A stretch of 64,000 nt of DNA from SAR86 cluster bacterium SAR86A. GTDB lineage: Bacteria; Pseudomonadota; Gammaproteobacteria; Magnimaribacterales; D2472. A program made the translations under genes and the position numbers. The stretch's first letter is position 1. Each line of letters opens with the position of its first letter. Under the pieces are notes generated by a model. The model ran no database searches. It was given only the letters and a program-made list of their open reading frames with translations, and was not told the DNA's origin. The stretch covers positions 433,503 to 497,502 of the forward strand of contig JH611156.1 of the NCBI GenBank assembly GCA_000252525.1. The letters are read 5' to 3'. Shown piece by piece: positions 18,003 to 28,807 of the stretch.

Positions 18003-19562
18003 ATGCTTAAATACATTTTAATATTAGTTTTCTCAATAAGCCTTCTTTCATCAGAAAGACCTAACATTATTATTATAATTACTGATGACCTTGGTTGGGG
18101 TGACGTTTCGTATAACGGAGGCCCTATAAATACACCTAATATAGATAAACTTGCAGATGATGGTCTACAAATGAATAGGTTTTATAGTGCGCCAACATGC
18201 AGTCCAACTAGAGCTGCTTTATTCACTGGAATTAATAGTCTTAAAAACGGCATTATCAGACCATTAAATAATCCAACTGCTGAGCGATATGGTCTACCGC
18301 TTAAACATAAAATTTTACCAGAATATCTTAAAGAAATTGGTTATCAAACAGCTTTATCTGGAAAATGGCATTTAGGTATGTTTAGTGATGAATATCTTCC
18401 AAGAAATAGAGGATTTGAATCAACATATGGTCATCTAGGTGGAGGAATAGGATATTTTGATCATGCTCTTTCAGGAAGGTTAGATTGGCATAGAAACGGT
18501 GAAATATTATATGAAGATGGTTATTCAACAACTCTTATTGCTGATGAGGCTATACGTATAATTGAAAACAAAAACAATGAAACTCCCCTCTTTCTTTATG
18601 TTGCTTTTAATGCACCACATACACCTATTCAAGCAGAAGAGAAAATTATTAATAATCTATCAGACATAAGTGATAAAAAAGAACGCGTATATGCAGCAAA
18701 TATAATAACTTTGGATAGAGAAATTGGAAAAATAATTGATGCAATAGAATCTAAAGGAATATTAAATGAAACAATAATAATATTCTTCTCGGATAATGGT
18801 CCTGTTTTTGATATAGATCCAATAGCAGCAACGATTGCACCAGACATATTAGATTCTAAGGGAAATACATTGGGTTTAAAGGGCAGCAAAGGTTCAGCTT
18901 ATGAGGGTGGAATACGAGTTCCGGCAGTGATTTATTACAAAGGTATACTTGAAAAATCTTTATCTAATCAATTCTTTTTTGTTGATGACATATTACCAAC
19001 ATTATTCGGAGCACTAAATATAAATCCTAATCAAAATAACATTACTGGCGTAAATAGATGGAATGACTTGATTAAAAATGAAATAAAACCTCCTAAAAAC
19101 GTTATGACTGGTAACGTTATTGTTCATGATGAAAGAGCTTTATTTAATGATAAATGGAAACTTTATTATAGAAATTTTGTTTATAACGAAAATTCAGAAA
19201 AGATTTTTGAATTATATAATGTTAATGATGATCCCTATGAAAAATATGAGTTATCTGAAAAGTATCCTGATGTATTTGAATCTATGAAAAAAACCTTTGA
19301 TGAAAATCCGTTAATTATTGAAACACCTTATATTAATCCAGTTCAGTCATACTTATATGGTGATAGATATATAGGAATAACGGATTCACCATGGCTCGAG
19401 AGAACATATAAAGAAAAAGAACTGCCACACCCTATTGTTCAAAATTTAGTATTTGGATGGATTATATTTCTTACTTTCAAACACATTATCATCCCAGTTT
19501 TAATTCTTTTAACTTTAGTTTTCTATTTTATGAAGTTCAGGAATAATATCTCTTCAAATTAA
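18003..19562 (+). CDS. arylsulfatase-family (formylglycine-dependent) sulfatase with C-terminal hydrophobic tail
   Basis: Signal peptide, PNIIIIITDDLGWGD, FGly motif CSPTRAALFTG, GKWHLG. The C-terminal LVFGWIIFLTF...IIPVLILLTLVFYFM is TM-like. Confidence 0.85.
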   Translation: MLKYILILVFSISLLSSERPNIIIIITDDLGWGDVSYNGGPINTPNIDKLADDGLQMNRFYSAPTCSPTRAALFTGINSLKNGIIRPLNNPTAERYGLPLKHKILPEYLKEIGYQTALSGKWHLGMFSDEYLPRNRGFESTYGHLGGGIGYFDHALSGRLDWHRNGEILYEDGYSTTLIADEAIRIIENKNNETPLFLYVAFNAPHTPIQAEEKIINNLSDISDKKERVYAANIITLDREIGKIIDAIESKGILNETIIIFFSDNGPVFDIDPIAATIAPDILDSKGNTLGLKGSKGSAYEGGIRVPAVIYYKGILEKSLSNQFFFVDDILPTLFGALNINPNQNNITGVNRWNDLIKNEIKPPKNVMTGNVIVHDERALFNDKWKLYYRNFVYNENSEKIFELYNVNDDPYEKYELSEKYPDVFESMKKTFDENPLIIETPYINPVQSYLYGDRYIGITDSPWLERTYKEKELPHPIVQNLVFGWIIFLTFKHIIIPVLILLTLVFYFMKFRNNISSN

Positions 19563-21041
19563 CTCAAAGCTTTTATCAATACTTTCAATCATTTCTGACA
19601 AATCATTTTCATTTGATCCACCATATACGTAGAGATCGGGCCTTACAAGAACATATTTATATAAATCAAATATTTTCTCTAAAAGTTTGTCGGGGTCATC
19701 AATATCTTTTATGCGAATAAACTTTATTTCTAATTTTTTAATTATTTGGTTAGCTTTTTCAGATACTTTTTTTATATCACTTTTTGACATAATTACGAAA
19801 TTTGAGTTGATCAATTTATCTAATTTTATGCAATTATTATTAATAAATAATTTTGGTTGAGGTATTGGATAACCAGTTATACCATCTTTAGAATTTTTAA
19901 AAATTCCAGATGGTATATGAGGAAATCTAACATCATATCCTTTTTTCTCAGGTATGAATTCTTTACCTTGTTCTGCAGCACAAAATCCTTCAATTAATTC
20001 TCCAATAGTTATTGTTTGACCTATTGTCCATTTAGCATGTGGATATCTTTCTTTCTGATATGTTTCAAGAATTTTTTTATTTGCTTTTTTTTGAAGGATA
20101 AGATGTATTTTCCATGACAAGTTTGTTACATCCCGTATTCCAGTTCCCATACCTGCACCCATGAAAGGAGGCATCTGATGAGCAGAGTCACCTGCAATTA
20201 AAACATTATTTATGTTCCATCTATTTGCTATACAAGCGTGAAAATTGTATATATCAGCTCTTTCAAGAATAGCATTTTTTTTATTTATCCATGGAGATAA
20301 TAAATTCCATATAAAAGCTTCATCTTTCAATTCTTTTAAATTATCTTCTGGCATTACTCTAAATTCAAAACGGAGATGCCCTCTTCTACCATGTAAGAAT
20401 GTGCATGGTCTTTTTGGATCACAAACTTGTATTAATTCATTTTTAAGATAAATATTCTGTGTTAAGTGTGCATCACAAACTAACCATTTTTGATTATATC
20501 CAAAGTCATCGAGATCTATATTTAGTTTTTTTCTGACAAAACTACTTGCTCCATCACAACCAATTAAAAATTTTGATAAAAATTTAATCTCTTGATTTTC
20601 ATTTTTGCAAATTATTTCAACTTCATTACCTTTATCATTGAAATCAGTTAACTCGCACAATTCCATTACATCTATGTTTTCTTTGGACTCCACCACTTCA
20701 CGAACAAATCCTTCTAACTCAGGTTGATAAAATAGAACTTGATTAGGCCATCCCATTGATGAATCACCTAACGTTTGTGTAATGCTTTGAATTGGTTCAA
20801 GACTCTTTTTTGAAAAATGAATTTTTTCAATCTGATTGGAATTTTCAATGATTTTTTCTGCTAATCCAAATTTATCAAATATCCTAAGTTGTTCTCCATC
20901 TGTATTAATGGCTCTTGCAGTTGGGCTTGTTCCAATATTTTTATCTATAAGAAGAACTTTATAACCGTAATCAGCCATAAGTAATGAACATAATGATCCA
21001 ACTGGACCATATCCACATATAGCCACATCATATTTATTCAA
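19554..21041 (-). CDS. FAD-dependent aromatic-ring hydroxylase (MhpA/PheA-TfdB-like)
   Basis: GxGxxG dinucleotide fold (ICGYGPVGS), DGASSFVR, GDSAHQMPPFMGAGMGTGIRD. Confidence 0.8.
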   Translation of the reverse strand: MNKYDVAICGYGPVGSLCSLLMADYGYKVLLIDKNIGTSPTARAINTDGEQLRIFDKFGLAEKIIENSNQIEKIHFSKKSLEPIQSITQTLGDSSMGWPNQVLFYQPELEGFVREVVESKENIDVMELCELTDFNDKGNEVEIICKNENQEIKFLSKFLIGCDGASSFVRKKLNIDLDDFGYNQKWLVCDAHLTQNIYLKNELIQVCDPKRPCTFLHGRRGHLRFEFRVMPEDNLKELKDEAFIWNLLSPWINKKNAILERADIYNFHACIANRWNINNVLIAGDSAHQMPPFMGAGMGTGIRDVTNLSWKIHLILQKKANKKILETYQKERYPHAKWTIGQTITIGELIEGFCAAEQGKEFIPEKKGYDVRFPHIPSGIFKNSKDGITGYPIPQPKLFINNNCIKLDKLINSNFVIMSKSDIKKVSEKANQIIKKLEIKFIRIKDIDDPDKLLEKIFDLYKYVLVRPDLYVYGGSNENDLSEMIESIDKSFELI

Positions 21042-21946
21042 CTTTTTTGAGTATTATTTGGTTCTTGAATTATGTTATTTTCTATGTAACCAAGTCCCTC
21101 TATTTCAACTTTGACCTTATCACCTGGTTTCAACCAATTTTGAGTCGTTACCGCGGAACCTTCAGGCGTTCCAGTAGGAATTAAATCACCTGGTTCTAAT
21201 GTAAAAGCTGTTGTTAAATACTCGATGAGAGTATAACAATCATAAATCATTAAATTAGTATTAGTATTTTGTCTTTCTTCATCATTGACAAAAGTTTTTA
21301 GTGTTAAGTTATGTGGATCATCAATCTCATCACTTGTTACGATATAGGGACCAAAAGGACAATGTGTATCCCATGATTTACCCATAGTCATAGTATGAGG
21401 CGGTCCTCTGAATTGCCAATCTCTAATTGAAAAGTCATTAACAACTGTATAACCATAGATACAATTTTTAGCATTTTCATAAGAAACATGCCTGCACTCC
21501 TTCCCAATAATGAAGCCAAGTTCACCCTCATAATCAAGCCAATCTGATGCATTTGGCCTATGAACATCACCAAAAGGATCATTCACAGATGAATTTTGTT
21601 TATTAAAAATATTAGGGAATTGGTCTTGCAGTTGAACATCATTACTGTGGTGATCTTTGAGTTCTTTTGCTTCATCGATGTGTTTTTTGTAATTAAGGCC
21701 AACAGCTAAGATTTTATTTGGTTTATCAATAGGTGCTTTCAATATAACATCATCTATTGCGTGAGCATTCTTTTGATTTTCAATTACATCATTGGCTATA
21801 TCTAGACCAGTTGAACCTAGCTTTATAAAATTAATCATATCCTTTGGTAAGTCTGATGATGAAAAGTCAATTACAGTATCGTTCTTGATTGCACCAATTC
21901 TTTTACTTTTAGGATTATCCTTTAATAAAAAAGTTATAAGTTTCAT
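21038..21946 (-). CDS. fumarylacetoacetate hydrolase (FAH) family protein
   Basis: DYEGELGFIIGK and GDLIPTGTPEG motifs. Overlaps the hydroxylase by 4 nt. Confidence 0.85.
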   Translation of the reverse strand: MKLITFLLKDNPKSKRIGAIKNDTVIDFSSSDLPKDMINFIKLGSTGLDIANDVIENQKNAHAIDDVILKAPIDKPNKILAVGLNYKKHIDEAKELKDHHSNDVQLQDQFPNIFNKQNSSVNDPFGDVHRPNASDWLDYEGELGFIIGKECRHVSYENAKNCIYGYTVVNDFSIRDWQFRGPPHTMTMGKSWDTHCPFGPYIVTSDEIDDPHNLTLKTFVNDEERQNTNTNLMIYDCYTLIEYLTTAFTLEPGDLIPTGTPEGSAVTTQNWLKPGDKVKVEIEGLGYIENNIIQEPNNTQKS

Positions 21947-21999
21947 AATATTAGTATTATTAAAATATCATCTAAGTATAATATCTAGTAATTGATTTT

Positions 22000-22686
22000 A
22001 TGAAGAAAATATACAATAAAAATCTATATCAAAACTTTAAATCTGATTATTCACCAGATGATTTTCATCATATTGCTTTCAAAACTACAAATTATGAAAA
22101 AATGGTTGATTTCTATAAGAATTTGTTTGGATGTGAGCCTTTATATCAAAGCGACTTAATAACTTTTTTAGCATATGACAATGAGCATCATAGAATAGCA
22201 ATTGCAAACACATCAGGAGTCTTAAATAGTCTAAATTTTATTCAAAGATCCATTATGAAATTTAAAATCTTTTTGAACAAAAAAATTCCTTCTATAGAAG
22301 GATTAGACCATGTATCTTACAGAGTAAATCCAATTGATAAATGGTTTGATTTTTATTTCAGTGCCAAAGAAAGAGGTTTAAACCCCTTGTGGACAATTAA
22401 CCATGGTTGGATAAGTGGAATATACTACAGAGATCCAGATAATAATCTTGTTGAAGTTTTCTTTGAACATTTTTCATCGGCTGATGAATTCAAAAATAAT
22501 ATCTCTGCAGATTTTGAGGATGAGCCAATAGGAACAAATATGGATGTTGAAGTTCTTCATAAAATGTTTAAATCAGGCGCACCTTTCGAAGATTTAATTA
22601 AAAAAGGTAATACTGTTCCAGAAGGTAAAAAGCCAGTATCAGGAATTGAAGCAGTCAAAAATATGAAAAAGAAATTTAAAGACTGA
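22000..22686 (+). CDS. VOC-superfamily small extradiol dioxygenase / glyoxalase-like protein
   Basis: Two betaalphabetabetabeta-like modules beginning FHHIAFKT and LDHVSYRV. The size and pattern resemble BphC-III-type small dioxygenases. Confidence 0.55.
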   Translation: MKKIYNKNLYQNFKSDYSPDDFHHIAFKTTNYEKMVDFYKNLFGCEPLYQSDLITFLAYDNEHHRIAIANTSGVLNSLNFIQRSIMKFKIFLNKKIPSIEGLDHVSYRVNPIDKWFDFYFSAKERGLNPLWTINHGWISGIYYRDPDNNLVEVFFEHFSSADEFKNNISADFEDEPIGTNMDVEVLHKMFKSGAPFEDLIKKGNTVPEGKKPVSGIEAVKNMKKKFKD

Positions 22687-22694
22687 TTCTTTAA

Positions 22695-23540
22695 ATGCAA
22701 GATCATAAAATAACTCTATTTCATGCCAATTGGTCATTCTGTAGTCAAATGGTAAGAGTTGCATTATTTGAATTAAATATAAAGTTTGATGAAAGACATA
22801 TCAAATTATGTGATCAATATGCAGAAGGTGAAAATCTAGACAAGAATTTTTTAGATATTAATCCTCTAGCAACTGTTCCGGTTATTAAAATTAACAATGA
22901 AGTTATTGTTAATAGCACGACCATAATTGAAGAAATAAATAAAAGATTTCAAAGTAATTTATGTATAGAAGAAGATGACTCTGTTAAATCGTTTGTAAAA
23001 CAAACAACCATAACAGAAGGTGACAAGTTTGCATCGACTATTGGAACAATAATTCCAGTTTTTTCAGCTCCCTTGATTGAATTTATGATTAGGAAATTAC
23101 CTCTAAAATCTATTATTAAGATTTTTATGAAACATCCACGAAAGGATAGAAAAATGATTTTTTTATCAATGTATTTTTTTGGTGTTGCAAAAAAATTTCC
23201 TAATATTGCAATAAAAAAATTTGTAGATGAATTAATAAAGTTTGAAGAACTTTTAAATGAGGATAATACTTATTTTTATAATGAATTTTCTCATATTGAT
23301 ATAAATATGATGTGTGTTTTTAATAGATTAGAAGATTTAAAACTTTCTGAAGTAATAACAACTAACAAAACACCTCTTCTTCAAAGATACTGGAAAAATT
23401 TACAAAAGAGAGATAGTTATAAGAAGGGAATATTAAATTACTACACAAGTAAAGAACACAAAGTTATTAAAGATTTTTATAATGACGCACCCTCACCTTT
23501 CTTAAAACCAATTTTAGTCGAATTAGCACAAAGAAATTAG
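22695..23540 (+). CDS. glutathione S-transferase-like protein
   Basis: Thioredoxin-fold N-domain (ITLFHANWSFCSQMVRVALFEL ... NPLATVPVI). Long alpha-helical C-domain with a hydrophobic insert. Confidence 0.6.
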   Translation: MQDHKITLFHANWSFCSQMVRVALFELNIKFDERHIKLCDQYAEGENLDKNFLDINPLATVPVIKINNEVIVNSTTIIEEINKRFQSNLCIEEDDSVKSFVKQTTITEGDKFASTIGTIIPVFSAPLIEFMIRKLPLKSIIKIFMKHPRKDRKMIFLSMYFFGVAKKFPNIAIKKFVDELIKFEELLNEDNTYFYNEFSHIDINMMCVFNRLEDLKLSEVITTNKTPLLQRYWKNLQKRDSYKKGILNYYTSKEHKVIKDFYNDAPSPFLKPILVELAQRN

Positions 23541-23554
23541 TGTAAAATAGATAT

Positions 23555-23773
23555 ATGTCAAAAGAAGATCAGTTAGAATTTGATGGTGAAGTAATCGAGA
23601 CGCTTCCTAATACCAAATTTAAAGTCAAACTAGATAACGGCCATATTATTACAGCACATATATCTGGAAAAATGAGAAAACATTACATTCGGATTCTTAC
23701 TGGTGACAAGGTTAAAGTTGAAATGACACCATATGACTTAACAGTTGGCAGGATAACCTTTAGAGGCAGGTAA
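23555..23773 (+). CDS. infA: translation initiation factor IF-1
   Basis: 72 aa, near-identical in pattern to E. coli IF-1 ([40 protein letters not shown]). Confidence 0.97.
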   Translation: MSKEDQLEFDGEVIETLPNTKFKVKLDNGHIITAHISGKMRKHYIRILTGDKVKVEMTPYDLTVGRITFRGR

Positions 23774-26014
23774 CTAAACTTTAACTTTATTTTTTTCTTC
23801 TAAAAATTTCAATTTACCTTTTTCAAGATCTACTTTTATTACACCACCTGATTTTAAATTACCAAATAACAATTTATCTACCAATGGCTTTTTAATATTT
23901 TGAGAAATAAATCTCTCCATTGGTCTTGCACCCATTTCTTTGTCATATCCATTGTCAGCAATCCAATTAAGCACTTTATTAGAAACTACAATTTCAACAT
24001 TTCTTTTATCAAGTTGTGCTTGAAGTTTTGTAAGAAATTTATCAACAATTGATAAAATAACTGTTTTATCTAGATAGTTAAATTGAATAGTTTCATCAAG
24101 TCTATTTCTAAACTCAGGTGAAAATAATTTATTTAGAGAGTTCATAGCATCAGTTTCGTTTGAAGATTCAGCAAAGCCGATATTTCTTTTACTTAAAAGC
24201 TCAGCACCAATATTGGTAGTCATTATTAAAATTACATTTCTAAAATCAGATTTTCTTCCATTATTATCAGTAAGAACCCCTGCGTCCATAACTTGTAGAA
24301 GAATGTTAAATATATCAGGATGAGCTTTTTCTATTTCGTCTAATAACAAAACACAATGTGGAGATTTAACAATTGCCTCTGTAAGAAGTCCTCCTTGATC
24401 AAACCCAACATAACCAGGAGGAGCGCCAATAAGCCTTGAAACTGTATGCCTTTCCATATATTCACTCATATCAAATCTTATAAGTTCAATACCCATAATC
24501 TCAGAAAGTTGCTTTGAAATTTCAGTTTTACCAACACCTGTAGGTCCTGTAAATAAAAATGAGCCTATAGTTTTATTTTCATCTCTCAAACCGACTCTTG
24601 AAAGTTTAATTGCATTAGATAATGTTTCGACTGCTTTATCTTGACCAAAAATAACTCTTTTAAGATTTTCTTCAATATTTTTTAAACTCTTCTTATCTTT
24701 AGATGTTATCGACTGTTCTGGTATTTTGGTAATTTTAGAAATTGTAGTTTCAATATGAGATTTTGTTACTTTAATTATTTTTTTATTTTTTCTATTAATA
24801 TTTAAGAGAGCACCGGTTTCATCAATAACATCGATAGCTTTATCAGGTAAAAATCTATCATTTATATATTTTGAAGATAATTCAATTGAAGACTTAATAG
24901 CTTCAGCTGAATATTTAACATTATGATAGTCCTCATAGATATCCTTAATACCTATAAGTATTTCTTCACATTCATCAAAAGAAGGTTCTATAACATCTAT
25001 TTTCTGAAATCTCCTTGATAAAGCTTGGTTTTGATTAAATATACCTCTATATTCCTGAAATGTTGTTGAGCCAATACATCTAATTTGACCCTTACCAAGA
25101 GCAGGTTTAAGCAAATTAGAAACATCCAATGAGCCTCCTGAAGCAGATCCTGCACCAATAATGGTATGAATTTCATCAATAAATAAAATAGGATTCTCTT
25201 CCTTAGACAAAAAGCTTAATACACTTTTTAATCTTTTTTCAAAGTCACCTCTATATTTAGTACCTGCAATTAAAGCAGCTATATCCAGTGAATAAACAAC
25301 ACTGTTTTCCATAATAGATGGTACATTTTTATTAGATATCAGATAGGCTAGTCCTTCAGCAATTGCTGTTTTACCTACACCAGATTCACCAACCAATAGC
25401 GGATTATTTTTATTTCTTCGTGATAATATTTGAACCAATCTTTCAATTTCTTTTTTTCTACCAATTATTTTGTCAATTTTATTTTCACTAACAAGTTGAT
25501 TTAAATTGATAAGAAAGTCATTTTCTGAAGAAGAGGATTCATTAGGTAAATCTTCATTTGTATTATCTTTGTCGTTCTCTGATTTTTTTGACGGTTTTCC
25601 ATGAGACAGATATGTGACCACATCTAGTCGTGATAATTTAAATTTATTTAGCAAAAAAACAGAATGAGATTCTTTTTCAGAAAAAATTGCAACCAATATA
25701 TTTATTGGTTTCACCACACCTTTACCAGATGATTGAATATGAAATACCGCTCTTTGTAAAACTCTTTGAAATCCAAGTGTTGGTTGGACTGGTTTTTGTT
25801 GATCAATCTTTGCAACAACATTATTCTTTAGATGATCATTCAAGCTTTGTTTAAGACTTTCTATTTGGATATCCTGTGATTTAAAAAACTCTTTAACTTC
25901 AAAATCACTAAGTATCATTAATAATAAATGCTCAACAGTTATATATTGAATATTAGCTTCATGAGCTTTGTCAAAAAGGCTTGCTATAGATAGTTCTAAA
26001 TCTTTACTAAACAT
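23774..26014 (-). CDS. clpA: ATP-dependent Clp protease ATP-binding subunit ClpA
   Basis: Two AAA+ modules with Walker A GESGVGKTA and GPTGVGKTE. Clp N-domain. ClpS lies directly upstream. Confidence 0.95.
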   Translation of the reverse strand: MFSKDLELSIASLFDKAHEANIQYITVEHLLLMILSDFEVKEFFKSQDIQIESLKQSLNDHLKNNVVAKIDQQKPVQPTLGFQRVLQRAVFHIQSSGKGVVKPINILVAIFSEKESHSVFLLNKFKLSRLDVVTYLSHGKPSKKSENDKDNTNEDLPNESSSSENDFLINLNQLVSENKIDKIIGRKKEIERLVQILSRRNKNNPLLVGESGVGKTAIAEGLAYLISNKNVPSIMENSVVYSLDIAALIAGTKYRGDFEKRLKSVLSFLSKEENPILFIDEIHTIIGAGSASGGSLDVSNLLKPALGKGQIRCIGSTTFQEYRGIFNQNQALSRRFQKIDVIEPSFDECEEILIGIKDIYEDYHNVKYSAEAIKSSIELSSKYINDRFLPDKAIDVIDETGALLNINRKNKKIIKVTKSHIETTISKITKIPEQSITSKDKKSLKNIEENLKRVIFGQDKAVETLSNAIKLSRVGLRDENKTIGSFLFTGPTGVGKTEISKQLSEIMGIELIRFDMSEYMERHTVSRLIGAPPGYVGFDQGGLLTEAIVKSPHCVLLLDEIEKAHPDIFNILLQVMDAGVLTDNNGRKSDFRNVILIMTTNIGAELLSKRNIGFAESSNETDAMNSLNKLFSPEFRNRLDETIQFNYLDKTVILSIVDKFLTKLQAQLDKRNVEIVVSNKVLNWIADNGYDKEMGARPMERFISQNIKKPLVDKLLFGNLKSGGVIKVDLEKGKLKFLEEKNKVKV

Positions 26015-26016
26015 AT

Positions 26017-26358
26017 TTAATCAGTCAGTGGTTCTATTTCACTTAAAAGCGGATGACCGTGATCTTTAGCCATTGTATTTACTTCATACGACATCATTTC
26101 AGCGATCTCTTTAGAGAATATACCACAAACTCCCCTACCTTTTGTATGAACTGTCATCATTATTTCTGTTGATTTTTGATGTGTATGACCAAAAACTGTC
26201 TGCAGAACAAATACAACAAACTCCATAGGAGTAAAATCATCATTTATTAACACAACTTGATACGAAGGTGGTTCTTTAACTTGTGGGTCTTTTTCTAAGA
26301 CAACCGTCCCAAGATCTGAAGATGAATTATTCTCATTATCTTTCGATAATATAATCAT
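26017..26358 (-). CDS. clpS: ClpS adaptor protein
   Basis: PPSYQVVLINDDFTPMEFVVFVLQ core motif, 113 aa, immediately upstream of clpA. Confidence 0.95.
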   Translation of the reverse strand: MIILSKDNENNSSSDLGTVVLEKDPQVKEPPSYQVVLINDDFTPMEFVVFVLQTVFGHTHQKSTEIMMTVHTKGRGVCGIFSKEIAEMMSYEVNTMAKDHGHPLLSEIEPLTD

Positions 26359-27611
26359 TACATTCTTTTAATCATTTCATCTGCAAAACCTGATGAAGTA
26401 ACTTTTTCTGCATTGTCCATCATTCTATGAAAATCATAAGTAACTTTTTTTGCACTAATAGTTCTATCCATAGATTCCATTAATATATCCGCAGCTTCAA
26501 CCCAGCCCATGTGTCTCAACATCATTTCTGCAGATAATATTATACTTCCGGGATTAACTTGATTCTTGCCAGCATATTTTGGCGCTGTTCCGTGAGTAGC
26601 TTCAAATACAGCATAATCATCAGAAATGTTTGCACCTGGAGCAATACCTATTCCACCAACCATAGCTGCTAAGGCATCAGATATATAATCACCATTTAAA
26701 TTCATTGTTGCAATAACATCATATTCTGTAGGTCTTAGCAAAATTTGTTGAAGAAATGCATCACATATAACATCTTTAATTATTATTTTCTTACCATTTT
26801 TTGGGTTTGTTATTTCTTGCCATGGGCCTTCATCGATTTCAACGCCGCCATAATCATTTTTTGCTACTTCGTAACCCCAATCTCTAAAAGCACCTTCAGT
26901 AAATTTCATAATATTTCCTTTATGAACTAAAGTTACTGACGTTCTGTTATTTGCAATAGCATAATCAATTGCTTTTTTTACAAGTCTTGTTGTGCCAGCC
27001 TGAGAAATGGGTTTAACACCTATTCCAACATTTTCTTCAAAACGAATTTTTGAAACCTCAAAATCATTTTTTAAAGTCTTGACAAGTTTTTTAGCTTCTT
27101 TTGAATTTCCTTCAAATTCTACACCACAATATATATCTTCAGAGTTTTCTCTAAATATAACCATATCAACATCTTGTGGTCTTTTGACTGGAGATGGTAC
27201 ACCATCAAAATATCTAATTGGTCTCAAACAAACATATAAGTCCAATAATTGTCTTAACGAAACATTTAATGATCTAATGCCACCACCTACTGGTGTAGTT
27301 AGAGGTCCTTTAATACTAACAACATATTCTTTCAGTGCTTCAATTGTCTCATCTGGTAACCATGTATCTTTATCATATACTTGAGTTGCTTTTTCACCGC
27401 AATATACTTCCATCCATTCTATTTTTCTTTCTCCAGAATAAGCAATCTTAACTGCTTGATTGACTACATTTATCATTGGAGGTGTTATATCTACACCAAT
27501 ACCATCACCCTCAATAAAAGGAATAATTGGATTATCTGGTACTGTTAATACTCCTTTCTTATAGGATATTTTTTCTCCCTTTTTTGGTATTTTTATTTTT
27601 TTGTAAGTCAT
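26358..27611 (-). CDS. icd: NADP-dependent isocitrate dehydrogenase (homodimeric, E. coli type)
   Basis: 417 aa. [12 protein letters not shown] (the phospho-Ser context in E. coli), [17 protein letters not shown]. Confidence 0.95.
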   Translation of the reverse strand: MTYKKIKIPKKGEKISYKKGVLTVPDNPIIPFIEGDGIGVDITPPMINVVNQAVKIAYSGERKIEWMEVYCGEKATQVYDKDTWLPDETIEALKEYVVSIKGPLTTPVGGGIRSLNVSLRQLLDLYVCLRPIRYFDGVPSPVKRPQDVDMVIFRENSEDIYCGVEFEGNSKEAKKLVKTLKNDFEVSKIRFEENVGIGVKPISQAGTTRLVKKAIDYAIANNRTSVTLVHKGNIMKFTEGAFRDWGYEVAKNDYGGVEIDEGPWQEITNPKNGKKIIIKDVICDAFLQQILLRPTEYDVIATMNLNGDYISDALAAMVGGIGIAPGANISDDYAVFEATHGTAPKYAGKNQVNPGSIILSAEMMLRHMGWVEAADILMESMDRTISAKKVTYDFHRMMDNAEKVTSSGFADEMIKRM

Positions 27612-27681
27612 AGAGAATTTAGCCTCAAAAATAGATGATTACTGTAAAATCGGTGATAATTATACTCCAAATTATTAATTA

Positions 27682-28785
27682 TTGAATGAATTTAACATAG
27701 ATAGAATCGTGAAAAAGACTGTAGTTGTTGGTATGTCAGGTGGTGTAGATTCATCTGTTTCAGCATATCTCTTAAAAAAAGATGGTTATGATGTTATAGG
27801 ATTATTTATGCAGAATTGGCAAAGTGAGCCTGGTGAAGTTTGCACATCAGAAATTGACTTTAAAGATGCTTCATTAGTCTGTGATAAATTAGATATACCA
27901 TTGCATAGAGCTAACTTTTCACAAGAATATTGGGATAATGTGTTCGAAGAATTTTTAAGTGAACATAAGAACGGCAGAACACCAAATCCAGATATTCTTT
28001 GTAATAGAGAAATAAAATTTAAATCTTTTTTAAAATATGCTTTTACGATAGGTGCTGACTATATTGCAACTGGTCATTACGCATCAATTAAAATGTCTGA
28101 AATTGGTCCAATGTTATGTCGTGCAAAAGATCTAAAGAAAGATCAAACATATTTTTTACATGAAGTAAGATCATCAGAGTTCGAAAAATGTATATTTCCA
28201 TTAAGTAATTTATATAAGGACGAGGTCAGAAAAATTGCCAAAGATATTGATTTAAGTGTTTCAAATAAAAAAGATTCTGTTGGGATATGCTTTATAGGTG
28301 AAAGAAATTTAAAGGATTTTTTAGGTAGATTTATTGATCTTGAAAAAGGAAAAATTCTAGATGAATTTGGAAATAATATTGGAACTCATAATGGTGCCAC
28401 TTTGTTCACAAAGGGACAAAGACAAGGCCTTAATATTGGTGGAATAAAAAATAAACAAGATTTACCTTGGTATGTTTTTGACAAGGATATAAATAAAAAT
28501 GAAGTTCATGTATGTCAGGGTGTTGATAATGAGTTATTGTTTGATAGCGGCTTAAAAATGAAAAAAATTAATTGGATAAATGAATTTAACTTTGAATACC
28601 CTAAGACAGCTTTGTTGCAAGTTAGGCATCAACATAAACCTGTAAAATGCACTATCGTAAAAGAATCAAATAAATATAATATAAAGTTTGAGGAAAAAAT
28701 AAGAGCGGTAGCTTCAGGTCAATCTGCAGTATTTTATGATAATAATGTATGTTTAGGAGGCGGAATTATTACTGAAACGTATTAG
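27682..28785 (+). CDS. mnmA: tRNA 2-thiouridine(34) synthase MnmA
   Basis: PP-loop VVGMSGGVDSS, CNREIKF and GHYA motifs. The track start is TTG at 27682. An in-frame GTG at 27709 is an alternative start. Confidence 0.93.
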   Translation: MNEFNIDRIVKKTVVVGMSGGVDSSVSAYLLKKDGYDVIGLFMQNWQSEPGEVCTSEIDFKDASLVCDKLDIPLHRANFSQEYWDNVFEEFLSEHKNGRTPNPDILCNREIKFKSFLKYAFTIGADYIATGHYASIKMSEIGPMLCRAKDLKKDQTYFLHEVRSSEFEKCIFPLSNLYKDEVRKIAKDIDLSVSNKKDSVGICFIGERNLKDFLGRFIDLEKGKILDEFGNNIGTHNGATLFTKGQRQGLNIGGIKNKQDLPWYVFDKDINKNEVHVCQGVDNELLFDSGLKMKKINWINEFNFEYPKTALLQVRHQHKPVKCTIVKESNKYNIKFEEKIRAVASGQSAVFYDNNVCLGGGIITETY

Positions 28786-28807
28786 AATATTAATTCAGTT
28801 TAAACTT

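Noticed and set aside
27007-27384. 125-aa ORF antisense to icd. The same applies to other nested or antisense track ORFs: 449-634, 2273-2530, 4678-4890, 6470-6745, 10094-10357, 10647-10883, 12090-12272, 12320-12502, 14756-15031, 16132-16386, 18629-18889, 20245-20451, 21388-21582, 21792-21995, 24997-25179, 26745-26930, 32220-32477, 38487-38705, 40657-40890, 41586-41795, 42976-43197, 46909-47130, 47261-47488, 50206-50532, 50642-50842, 51917-52141, 59794-60009, 60818-61027 and 62356-62592.
   Set aside because: Each lies inside a longer ORF with clear family motifs, has low-complexity or hydrophobic junk-like composition, and has no motif I recognise. They are treated as frame shadows.
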